Source: Octopus sinensis (taxonomy: Eukaryota). From it: a stretch of 64,000 bases of DNA. Below the pieces are notes generated by a model. The model ran no database searches, had not been told where the DNA came from, and was given only the letters and a program-made list of their open reading frames with translations. This document shows positions 12,117 to 22,483 of the stretch, piece by piece; position 1 is the stretch's first letter; each line of letters starts with the position of its first letter. The position numbers were made by a program, and so were the translations under genes. The stretch is from positions 192,882,001-192,946,000 of the forward strand of contig NC_042998.1 of the NCBI RefSeq assembly GCF_006345805.1, given 5' to 3'.

Positions 12117-13448
12117 GTTATTATTATTTCTACTCCACTACACTACAAACTGGTTCAATACATGCTCCAATGCTAAACAACATAGTTTAAGATGCTGTTC
12201 ATCTTTACAGTTTTTGATGAAGTTCTCCAAAATCCATAAAAAAGCTATCCATACATATCAATACAAAAAGAAGAAAATATTCTCCCAACTATTCCTATTT
12301 TACTAAATGTGGAATCGGGAAAGGGGAATCAGCGGAGCGTCGGCTTTTGGTATTTATTTTCTTTCCTACGTTTGCAAGTTCGATTTTCATGCAAGTCGAC
12401 TTCACTCTTCATCCTTCAAGGGTCGATAAAATTAATATCAGTCTATGTTAACTGATGTCGATTGCATCAATTCTACCTCCTCCTCCTCTTCCTGAATATA
12501 TATATTGGCCCATATAAGAAATCGATTTTACTTCTTCTGTGTTACTGTTGTTATTATTTAGCCACAGGTTAACTCTGAGTGAGTTGACTGACCTACAGAT
12601 CAAAGGCGTTCCAGCCATTACCATACCATACCATCCTTCTGTCGGATGTTGGCGTATCTGGGACTCTGTATATCATCCCGGGTTGCATTTATGCTTTATA
12701 CAAGGCTTCATTTGGAGGAGATTTGGCTGTTATTTCTAGAATACCGAGCGACTGCATGGTGGCTCCTTCGTTGGCTGAAGTATGCGTGTAGTGATATTTT
12801 CGTTGTTTTGGAGGCGTTGTGTGTGTCCGAAGATTCTAAAATTTAAAAGAAAGAAAGGAAGGAAGAACGAAAAACCTGAAACAAGAACCAATTGTTCGCT
12901 CATATACTGGCGCCAAACTATTTTACTTCGAAAGTAAACTCAGTGAAAAGTGAAATGAGCATGTGTTCTTTGTATATATGGTATGATATGATCAATAACA
13001 GCCTGTTTTTAATATCGACAACAATTACAACATTCAGCCTAGAGAACAGCCTGAATGAAAAGCTAAAACAGATCTTCCTTTCATCGTGTGCACACATTTA
13101 TTTTCTGTTCTACATGTCTGTGTGTGTGTGTGTGTATGTACATATATTATACACGAAGGGCTTCTTTTTTATGTATAAGTTAGTGAAACAAAGAGGAGCA
13201 GCATCCATGGCCTATCTCATGTCCTCCAAGGCTGGGGAGAAGATTATCTTTATACCAGAGAGGCCTATCCCGAACGAATGCTTGCAAACTGAAGGTGGGC
13301 ACTAAAGTGTTGAACTGGGTAACCGATTAAGCATATCACTCATATGCCTTTATATAATAAATACACACACACACACACACAAATGTATTTTGTGTGTGTG
13401 TGTGTGTGTGTGTGTGCGTATGCCCAGCTGTTTTGAGTAAGGCTTTAC

Positions 13449-13508
13449 GCTGGCCATGTGCAAGTTTGGCCAGGTGTTCCCATCGTTGGATAATTAACCC
13501 TAAACCAT
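13449..13508 (-). CDS. Candidate coding exon (phase 1-1): (D)GLGLIIQRWEHLAKLAHGQ
   Basis: Acceptor 'attatgtag', weak donor C|gtaaag, 60 nt; in frame with exon 13639-13737 across a 130-nt intron. Confidence 0.35.
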
Positions 13509-13638
13509 CTACATAATATTGTAGGTGGACACAACACCCACATAAATATTATGTATGATATTAATATGATGAAAATACCCCAGACTGTAAGCTAAGTGTG
13601 GGTTTTAGCTGGCTGCCCCATTCCTAAACATAACATAC

Positions 13639-13737
13639 CTTCTACTACAGCAGATTCACGTAAAGTGACCATTCCGTGTGCTCCGCACACAGCGTCACAC
13701 CCCACGCTGTGCCACTGACCCCAGCACGTATAAACAT
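13639..13737 (-). CDS. Candidate coding exon (phase 1-1): (D)VYTCWGQWHSVGCDAVCGAHGMVTLRESAVVE
   Basis: GC-rich 99-nt island, acceptor 'tatcaatag', strong donor AAG|gtatgt, open reading frame. Confidence 0.45.
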
Positions 13738-14242
13738 CTATTGATATATCTATAAGTTATGTGCATTCACATATTTATTGATTAAGCTAAATTTTCTCTT
13801 TGTTTTTGTCCAGAAACGCTTACATTCATGCACAGGACCTGTGCACAGCCAGCGATAGCCCCAAATGGGATGTGAAGTATAGATGCCAGATAAAACATAC
13901 ATTTTTGGGGGTCTACATTTTAAACTGCTCGTTATTTTAGCAATCAGTGCTAAATACATGAAATTAATTATAAGTTGTATGTATATATATATAGTTCATA
14001 GTTGGAAATCATATATATATAAGAGGTCATGGGCCTATAGGTTTTTGGGATCTGACGATACGCTGTAAGGCTAGACCCTTTATGGACGGGAATCCTAAGG
14101 TCATCCCATAAACCGGCCCTCCCCATTTTTAATATACACGATATATACTGCTCTACATCTTAGAGTGTATTTCTTCTTACAGGTTTATGTTTTTTTACAA
14201 ACGATATATATATATACGTGTGTGTGTGTGTGTGTGTATGTA

Positions 14243-14345
14243 TACTTTATTAAAAGCAGCAGAAATATCAAAAAACTGTTACTCAGAGTTTCCCGTTCGT
14301 CGGACAGTTTTTCTACCTTGTTTCACATTTATGTGCTTACTCCGG
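14243..14345. mobile_element. Deleted copy of the repeat at 14585-14795 (one arm only)
   Basis: Shares 'aaagcagcagaaa...gttactc.gagtttcc' and 'ccttgtttcacatttatgtg.ttactccgg' but lacks the second arm. Confidence 0.7.
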
Positions 14346-14542
14346 TATATATATATATATGGAGAGAGAGAGAGATAAGATAGATAGATAGATATTTAAA
14401 ATGAGGGTGAGAAATTCGATATTAATTTAATTAACATCGATTTCACACCAGTGGTCTAGCATATAAAAAAAACAGAAGGTTCAGTAAAATTGTATTATAT
14501 ACATACTAGAGGGAAACCACTATGTGGACACCCTTATGCTAG

Positions 14543-14577
<35 letters not shown>

Positions 14578-14584
14578 TATAGAT

Positions 14585-14795
14585 ACTTTATTTAAAGCAG
14601 CAGAAAATTCAACAAAACCTGTTACTCTGAGTTTCCTGTTTTCTAGCAAAAACTGTCCGCTGAACGGCAACGGGAAACTCAGAGTAACAGGTTTTGTTGA
14701 ATTTTCTGCTGCTTTAAAAAAAGCATATTTACTCTACCACTGGTATTTGAGTACTCTTTTTTCCACCTTGTTTCACATTTATGTGTTTACTCCGG
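14585..14795. mobile_element. Interspersed repeat with perfect 46-bp inverted arms (possibly a Penelope-like terminus)
   Basis: 14591-14636 is the exact reverse complement of 14673-14718. The Penelope assignment is an inference. Confidence 0.65.
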
Positions 14796-14856
<61 letters not shown>

Positions 14857-15245
14857 CTGTGTGTGTCTGTACCTGATCTACTTAGAAATAACAGAAGAGA
14901 ATAAAGGAATTAGAACGATTTATAAAAGTGTAATTCTTTATCAAAGTATCCCCCAATCCGTGGCTCTCGAAGAGGGGAGTAAACTCCCGTATAATCGTAG
15001 GCTCATACCAACTGCCACCAATGCTACCCCTATGCTCTGAGCTCTTCTTGTACATAGATATGTATTTAGTAAACACACACATACACTCGTGTGTATGTGT
15101 CTAATTGTGTATCGATCTTTTTTCAGTTCAAGTATTATTGAAACCAGTGAGTCAAGAATATGTTCTGTATACTAAAAAGAAACCACAAGTACTATATAAG
15201 TACAGCTGGATCCAGTATCATTTATTTATTTATCTAATTTATTTG

Positions 15246-15518
15246 GGCGATCTTTCGTCTCTAGTAGACCTTTCCGTCGATTACACAACATACTATCTGT
15301 CTCCCACACCCCATCAAACACACACACACACACACACACATGTACATCAATGCTCCCATGCACGGTAACTTCAAAAGAACTTCCCTCGTCATACAATCGC
15401 TTTCTCTTAGTCTCTTTCGCTCTCATTACTTCAAAAGTTCCCGCAAGCCCATATGCAAAAAAAAAATTTTTTTTTTACGGAAATCGACGGAAAGGTCTAC
15501 TAGAGACGAAAGATTGCC
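15246..15518. repeat. Inverted repeat, ~37-bp arms with ~200-bp spacer
   Basis: ggcgatctttcgtctctagtagacctttccgtcgatt pairs with aatcgacggaaaggtctactagagacgaaagattgcc (1 mismatch). Confidence 0.85.
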
Positions 15519-16077
15519 TTTTATTTGGTATTGAATTCTTGTTTTCTCATTTTATTGCATGTCTTGAGAAACGAACGTGTGAAAGTAATCTATCAGCTCA
15601 CGTCTTGAGTTTAAAATTCTGCGATAGTTCGACGTGAAAAGGACGCTTTATGAGTTTCGGTTTAATCTACTAAAGAATTTCAGTTGCTCTATTCACACAT
15701 GTGTCTTATGTGAGAATCTTGTGGGGGTAACCCGTAGCTTAATAACCGTTTTTAGATGTTGTGAATGGTTGGATTTTTAACTTCAATCAACAAAACAACA
15801 ACAAAACATGTTTTTTCTTTACTAAAATTTTGAATAATCAAATAATTAAGTTTTTGATTAATCTAGTTAACGGTTTTTCTAGCTTTCATTTTTCCCTTTG
15901 TTCAGTTTATAAAAACCACAGCAGCACCTAATTTAGAAAACCTCTCAGCTAGCTAGTGTTACAACATCCCAATGCGTTTTTATCTTTGTAGAATTTGGAA
16001 TTTGTTTTTTTATTATTTGTTTTTTGTTTTGTTCTCGTTTATCGTCATCACATCGTCTTTATCATCTCACATCTCAC

Positions 16078-16119
16078 CGCCACCAGCATATTCGATGAAG
16101 TCTTGAATGAAACGAGCTT
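16078..16119 (-). CDS. Candidate coding exon (phase 1-1): (E)ARFIQDFIEYAGG
   Basis: Acceptor 'gttctcgcaag' (tandem AG), donor GCG|gtgaga, 42 nt, open. Confidence 0.35.
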
Positions 16120-16460
16120 CTTGCGAGAACACACACACATATACACACACACTACACACACTCTCTGCCATGCAGAGAGAGAGAGAGATGCGTGTGTGTG
16201 TGTGTGTGTGTGTCAATATTTATGTTTTCTCTTCACCCGTTTCTTGGGTTCCTTCCATTTATCACAGCGAAATTACTTCTACCTCTCTCACTCTCTCACT
16301 CTCTCGGTGCCAACCATTCTCCCTACTTAGTTCGCCTCTTACATTTCTCTTTCGTCTACACCTGTTAGCTTCTTCTAACTTTCGTTCGTCTTCCACAGTT
16401 TTACCGTTTCGTATGTCACTCCGACTCTCTCTCTCTCTCACCCCTTCGCTTCTGCCTTCC

Positions 16461-17107
16461 GTTCACCTTCTCTCTCTCTCTCTCTCTCTCTCACCTTTGG
16501 TTCTTCTTTCTCTGTCTCTTCTCTCTCTCTCTCTCTTCTCTCTCTCACCTTTAGTTCTTCTTTCTCTGTCTCTTCTCTCTCTCTCACCTTTGGTTCTTCT
16601 TTCTCTGTCTCTTCTCTCTCTCACACCTTTGGTTCTTCTTTCTCTGTCTCTCTCTCTTCTCTCTCTCACCTTTAGTTCTTCTTTCTCTGTCTCTTCTCTC
16701 TCTCTCTCTCTCTCACCTTTGGTTCTTCTTTCTCTGTCTCTTCTCTCTCTCTCTCACTCACCTTTGGTTCTTCTTTCTCTGTCTCTTCTCTCTCTCTCTC
16801 ACCTTTGGTTCTTCTTTCTCTGTCTCTTCTCTCTCTCACACCTTTGGTTCTTCTTTCTCTGTCTCTTCTCTCTCTCTCTCCTTTGGTTCTTCTTCTCTCT
16901 CTCTCTCTCACCTTTGGTTCTTCTTTCTCTGTCTCTTCTCTCTCTCACACCTTTGGTTCTTCTTTCTCTGTCTCTTCTCTCTCTCTCTCCTTTGGTTCTT
17001 CTTTCTCTCTCTCTCTCTCACCTTTGGTTCTTCTTTCTCTTTCTCTTCTCTCATCTTTGGTTCTTCTTTCTCTTTCTCTTCTCTCTCTCTCACCTTTGGT
17101 TCTTCTT

Positions 17108-17139
<32 letters not shown>

Positions 17140-17182
17140 CTCACCTTTGGTTCTTCTTTCTCTTTCTCTGTCTCTTCTCTCT
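16461..17182. repeat. (CT)-rich minisatellite/VNTR, ~17 units of ~40 bp
   Basis: Unit 'tctctcacctttggttcttctttctctgtctcttc' plus a variable (TC)n run. Confidence 0.95.
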
Positions 17183-17279
17183 CCTCCTCCTCCATTCTCA
17201 ACATGGTTAATTTCTCTTTGTTTAGTCGCCGCTGCCGCACAACTTCGATGACTAAGGAATTACAGGCATTTTTACTCAC

Positions 17280-17292
17280 CTAACGGATGGAT
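17280..17292 (-). CDS. Candidate 13-nt micro-exon (phase 0-1): IHPL
   Basis: Acceptor 'tttctaacgatatag' with ctaac branch-like motif; strong donor TAG|gtgagt. Confidence 0.35.
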
Positions 17293-17479
17293 CTATATCG
17301 TTAGAAACATTTTTAAAAAAGATAGATAAAACCGGTGTAATATGTCAAATAAATTTTTATTATAAATCGTTAAGGTATCGATTTGATTTTTATAGCATGT
17401 ATTTTAAAAGGGGAGAAATAAAAACAAAAGTTTCTAATTTACTTTCATTCTTTTTTTTCAAAACAAAAATCGATTTGTT

Positions 17480-17530
17480 TATGTTCCGCCTGAATTTACA
17501 GCCACGTCAAAACTTCCGTTGTTGACCTTT
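17480..17530. promoter_or_regulatory. Promoter/enhancer-like motif cluster
   Basis: gccacgtca (CRE/ATF-like, 17501-17509), acttccg (ETS-like, 17512-17518) and ttccgcc within 40 bp of unique, CpG-containing DNA. Confidence 0.3.
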
Positions 17531-18299
17531 TTATATTTTATTTTTTCTAGTGCCAAGTCGAATAACAAAAAACCTTCATTAAAAAATCACACAAAATGAC
17601 AACTAAGTTGTCCGCTGTTGACGTACTTCGTGTATTATTTCCCTTATTTATTCTATCCCTGGCACCTGTCCAACATCCAGAGACAAAGTTACCAGTCGCT
17701 ACGTACCCTTACACTTTGGAAGAAGAAAAGGAATATAAAAAAAAACACACACATACAGAATGTAAAATACAACAAAACAACCTAAACACCCTTCACTATC
17801 TCTCTCACCCAGGCTATGTTCATATATATATATATATATATATGTATGTATATATATATTTGACATTGCATTTATATCCAATTAATACATACCTCTAGCT
17901 CTGGGTAGGGGTGACCTTATTTCCGTTATTAAATAGATATCTGTATACGCACACACACTGAGTCTCAGAAACAGCGATTTGCACATTTTTTCCCCCTTTG
18001 TTTAACTCTGATAGTACTTAATGAATTTGTGTATAGTCTGTTTTACAACTTGAGTAACGAAGATTTAACACTTCATACCTAGTGAACACCATTTCCATCT
18101 GTATTAAATAAAATTTCTGAAGGCATATATATATATATTTGTGTCCCTAGCACTTGGCGTCCTTATTTGGGAGCCCTTAATTATATTTCTATATGAATAA
18201 TATTTTTCTATATGAATAATATTTTGTCTAATGACTAATTCGTCTTTTGTGCTGGGCCACTGGTAGTAATCTATGTTATTACCCTTTTTTTGATTATAT

Positions 18300-18342
<43 letters not shown>

Positions 18343-18381
18343 CACACACGGGGAACTATTATAGTACGAAAAATATTCTGT

Positions 18382-18499
18382 TGTCTGGGGAAGAGTCATT
18401 TTCTTTTTGAGCCTTATAATGTCACAGAAAAAAGTGGAAATTTTACCGATGAGTGTGTTGCATTATAAGGCACAAAAAGAAAATGACTCTCTCCAGACA
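18382..18499. repeat. Inverted repeat (~40-bp arms) from a dispersed repeat family
   Basis: tgtctggggaagagtcattttctttttgagccttataatg pairs with cattataaggcacaaaaagaaaatgactctctccagaca; family members at 20442-20577, 27234-27348 and 49082-49329. Confidence 0.85.
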
Positions 18500-18612
18500 C
18501 ACACATATACACATATATATATATTTATTTATAGGGTTTAGTGAAGTCCGAAATCGGTTGCAACTTCATTCGGGCGAGGTTACTGGTTGCCAAACCGTTC
18601 CCATGTTCTCAC

Positions 18613-18647
18613 CTCGACAACACCGTGGACGTAGAGAGTGTTGTTAG
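18613..18647 (-). CDS. Candidate coding exon (phase 1-0): xNNTLYVHGVVE
   Basis: Acceptor 'ctatccacctag', donor GAG|gtgaga, 35 nt. Confidence 0.35.
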
Positions 18648-18839
18648 CTAGGTGGATAGCTACGTAGGTAGATGCAAACTCGTTCCATACAGCTTATCTA
18701 TGCCTGTGCCCACTTTAAATGTGGATTCATGATCTCTCTCTCTTTCTCTCTCTCACTCTCTACATTTCTCTCTCTCTTCTACCCATTCAAAAATATATCT
18801 GCACATGTATGTGTAGAACGAACTTTATAAATGTATCTA

Positions 18840-19037
18840 TGCATATATATATATGCATATATATGTGTGTGTGTCTTTATATATTGGCATATGTATATAT
18901 ACATATATATATAAGTATATGCATATACATATATGTATATATTTGTTCATATGTATATATACTTATACATATGTGTATGTGTGTGTGTATATATGTATAT
19001 ATGTGTGTATATATATATGTATGTATATATGTGTTTG

Positions 19038-19068
<31 letters not shown>

Positions 19069-19190
19069 ATATATGTGAGTGTATATATATGCATGTATAT
19101 ATATATATGTAGGTATATATATATATATATAATATATATATATATATAGGTATATATATATATATGTGTGTATATGTAGGTATATATATA

Positions 19191-19223
<33 letters not shown>

Positions 19224-19265
19224 GGGTACATATATATATATGCGTCTATACATATATGTATATGT
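18840..19265. repeat. Compound (TA)n/(TG)n microsatellite
   Basis: Directly visible. Confidence 0.95.
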
Positions 19266-20619
19266 GTGGGATCTTTTCCTTTTGATGGACGGAATTTTCT
19301 AGTTAACTAAACAATTTGAAACTTCGTATACTGGTAGAATGTGTCAAAAGAAAACATTATTGTAAACAAAATTGAAAACAACAATAATATGCCTAAATCG
19401 GTCTAGAGGGTGCGCGTGGAGTGTGGGTCGTATTGTAAAAATTTGCGAAATATTTTTTCATAAAAGGATGCCCCAGCTTGTCGGAGGCTGCGAATGTGTG
19501 ACCACTCTTAAATTTTATTTGTTTGTTTCCCTCTATATATTTGTAGATGGAGCTACTGCAGATTCCACATCTGCCATCTTTTATTAACCAACTTGTCATC
19601 TTCTGTTGAAAGACCTGAACAGATCTTTAGTTGTAAACACATTTTTTTCTTCTATCAAGACACCCGTCCCCCATCCTTAGAGTAGCCACCTGGTTTTGCC
19701 ATTTTCAAAGGCCAAGTATCAACTCATCACTTTCTATTGAAAGAACTGACCAGCTGTAAAGATGTAAACGCATTCTTTTCTTCTTTCTCTCTTCCTTCTT
19801 TCTTTCCTTCTCTTTTCCATTGACACTCCTTTCAGATACATAAATACACACACACACACTTTCTTTCACTTTCTCCCCATTCCTCACCGTCTTTTGCTAT
19901 CCTACATCTCTTCCCACCCCTACACACTCAATAATACTATAAAAAGAGAGGAATCATCTCAAACACATTCAAATCTGAAGTGTCTACTAGAGTGGATGCA
20001 AGCGCTGTTATATGATTTATAAAAACATGTGACATATTAATAAAATCTGTAACTATAAAACCATCCAGATTTCTGAGTACCTTATTTCTTCTAACATATA
20101 TATATATATATGCATTTATATGTGTGTGTGTATATAAACATGTATATATTTGTATATAATCATGTATATATTTGTATATATATATATGTGTGTTATGTTT
20201 ATATATATATATATATTCATACATGTATATATGTGTATATATATATATATGTGTGTGTGTTTGTATATATAAGCAAAACATACAAACACTGAGATTTGAA
20301 ATCAGATGTCACTACTGTTCATATCATCTGTGGATAAATTTTAAAATTGATATCACCAGCAGTGACTTAGGTGGATCACAGGCGCATATATATATATTTC
20401 GTTTTTGGATTTGGTTTGCAAGATTCTTTATATGAGTTCATGTCAAGACTATTGAAAAGGTTGCAAGTCGCAATGAAAATTTTAGGAAAATAAAAATAAG
20501 AAATAAGTGGAAATTTTACCGGTGTGTGTGTGTGTTACATTATAAGGCACAAAAAGAAAATGACTCTCCCCAGACATAACAGTATATATATATATATATA
20601 TACATAGATATGTATATAT

Positions 20620-21150
20620 ACGATGTCAGTACAGCAGTTCTCTTCTCTTGGTTGTACCATTTCATGAGATGCTAGTATCGACACAGAAATTGACAACAAA
20701 CTTGCAAAGGCAAACAAAGCAATTGTTAGACTGCACAAGCAAGTGTGTAATAATAGTCATTTTAATATTAGCACAAAAGCCAATCTACAAGGCTGTCATC
20801 CTCACTATGCTCTCATACGATTCTGAGTCCTGGGTCCCCTATCGCTGTCACCTCAGACTCCTATGTTTTCACCAACACTGAGGTCCTCAAGCAAGCAAAT
20901 GCCACTTGCATGGAAGCCATTATACTTGTGACACAACTACTTTGGGGCAGGGTGCATCGACAGTATGAAAGACCACCTGCTATCCAAGATCATCATGTAT
21001 GGTGAGCTCACCACTGGCCACCGCAACAGGGGTGGCACCAAAAAGCGTTACAAGGACCGTCTGTAGCAGTCCCTTAACATTTGTGACATTGGTTATCGTG
21101 CATGGTCCACTCTAACAGCTGATCGTACTGTTTGGCACCATACCATCAGT
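20620..21150 (+). mobile_element. RTE-clade LINE fragment (RT C-terminal region), decayed
   Basis: Translations ...DTEIDNKLAKANKAIVRLHKQV..., ...IYKAVILTMLSYDSESWVPYRCHLRLL..., ...KIIMYGELTTGHRNRGGTKKRYKDRL resemble RTE/BovB ORF2, with frameshifts and stops. Confidence 0.85.
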
Positions 21151-21172
21151 GATGTGATTTCTCACAGTGTCT

Positions 21173-21450
21173 CTCATCGTTCATCATCGTTTAACGTCCG
21201 TCTTCCATGCTAGCATGGGTTGGACAGTTCAACTGGGGTCTGGGAAGCCAGAAGGCTGTGCCAGGCCCAGTCTGATCTGGCAGTGTTTCTACAGCTGGAT
21301 GCCCTTCCTAACGCCAACCACTCCGTGAGTGTAGTGGGTACTTTTTACATGCCACCTGCACAGGTGCCAGACGAGGCTGGCAAACAGCCACGATCAGTTG
21401 GTGCTTTTTACGTGCCACCAGCACGGAGGCTGGTCAAGGCGGCGCTGGCA
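21173..21450 (-). mobile_element. SINE-like repeat family C
   Basis: 'catcatcgtttaacgtccg...ccatgctagcatgggttggac...ctacagctggatgcccttcctaacgccaaccactcc'; about 9 copies in the window. Orientation is inferred from the (GAT)n tail. Confidence 0.85.
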
Positions 21451-22285
21451 ACGGCAACAGGCGAAAATATAATGCAGCTGTATCATCAAACCCTGGACAA
21501 TCCTACCTCTGTCATCGTTGCAATTGGATATGTCGATCCCACTTTGGCCTTATCAGCTACGGACAAGTGTGCAGAAGATGTAGACCACAGCCTTCCTAAT
21601 CTTCGTTAGCGAAGCCAAGCCAAAATATGTGTGTGCGTGTGTATAAAACAACAGGAACATTGTCCTTTATAGGGCTGCCATATTCTGCTGGCAAATAAAA
21701 TTTACTATTCGGTACTGTTACTGTATATCCCTTGCCCAGAGAATTAAGACAAGTTGTTTTTCTCTATACGAGATCAGTGACTGTGTGTCACTTAAAGAAT
21801 ATATAGTATTTGCAAGTGGAGAGAACTTTCTTCACAAGCTAGTGATGGTCTCACACTGAAGACATGTAACCACCCAGAAACCTAGGTCTGTGAGTATCCC
21901 GTAAGGCTAGAGAGAGATGGGAGTGATGATCTCCTTTGCAAAATGCTATATGGACACAAACTGTGTCAATAGCCAGCTTGGAAAGATGTTTTCCTGGTGC
22001 TAAAACAACAGTAAAATCGTCCTTTATAGGACTGCCACATTCTGTTGGCAAATAAACTTTACTATATATATATATGAACTGTGGGCATCTGCTGTCTGTC
22101 CTTATTTCTTTAACATACATCGCAAGAGAGAGACTTAACACTGTTACGGCAGTGAATTATATACCCTAAATACTTATCCAACTATGGAATATATTTTCAT
22201 TTTGTAAAATTATTAAACTTTAAAAAAGAATAGAAATATCAAATTTCCAAATATCTCAGAGAGATATAAACAGTGGTGGTACAAC

Positions 22286-22483
22286 AGAGCAGTTGTTTAC
22301 TGTCAACTTAATGTGAGAGTCCCATAAAGCGAGTCACACCACCGCTATTTAGCCCTAGGAAGCATCAACACAGAAAATGTGTCAAGGCCGACAGGAAGCG
22401 TTGATGCTTCTTAGGGCTAAATAGCGGTGGTGTAATTCTCTCTATGGGACTGTCACGTTAAGTTTACAGTATACAACTGCTCT
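22286..22483. repeat. Inverted repeat, ~84-bp imperfect arms (MITE-like hairpin)
   Basis: agagcagttg...acaccaccgctatttagccctaggaagcatcaac pairs with gttgatgcttcttagggctaaatagcggtggtgt...caactgctct. Confidence 0.85.

Noticed and set aside
13639-13737. Thrombospondin type 1 or RCC1 domain assignment for the candidate exon
   Set aside because: Only part of each motif is present (no RxRxC end for TSP1, no GQLG for RCC1), so no family or gene symbol was assigned.
16461-17182. CRISPR-like array of ~40-bp repeats
   Set aside because: Eukaryotic context, no unique spacers (only (TC)n length variation), and no cas genes.
16107-17210. Longest ORF (367 aa, Leu/Ser/Phe-rich, plus strand)
   Set aside because: It lies over the (CT)-rich VNTR; a pyrimidine-only strand cannot form stop codons, so the length is uninformative.
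17596-17898. Secreted protein starting MTTKLSAVDVLRVLFPLFILSLAP
   Set aside because: The hydrophobic stretch may be due to T-rich sequence, no convincing donor follows, and the ORF runs into a microsatellite. It is mentioned only as context.
21851-22141. 96-aa minus ORF (ECGSPIKDDFTVVLAPGKHL...)
   Set aside because: No recognisable homology; comparison with its local duplicate shows mostly non-synonymous differences.
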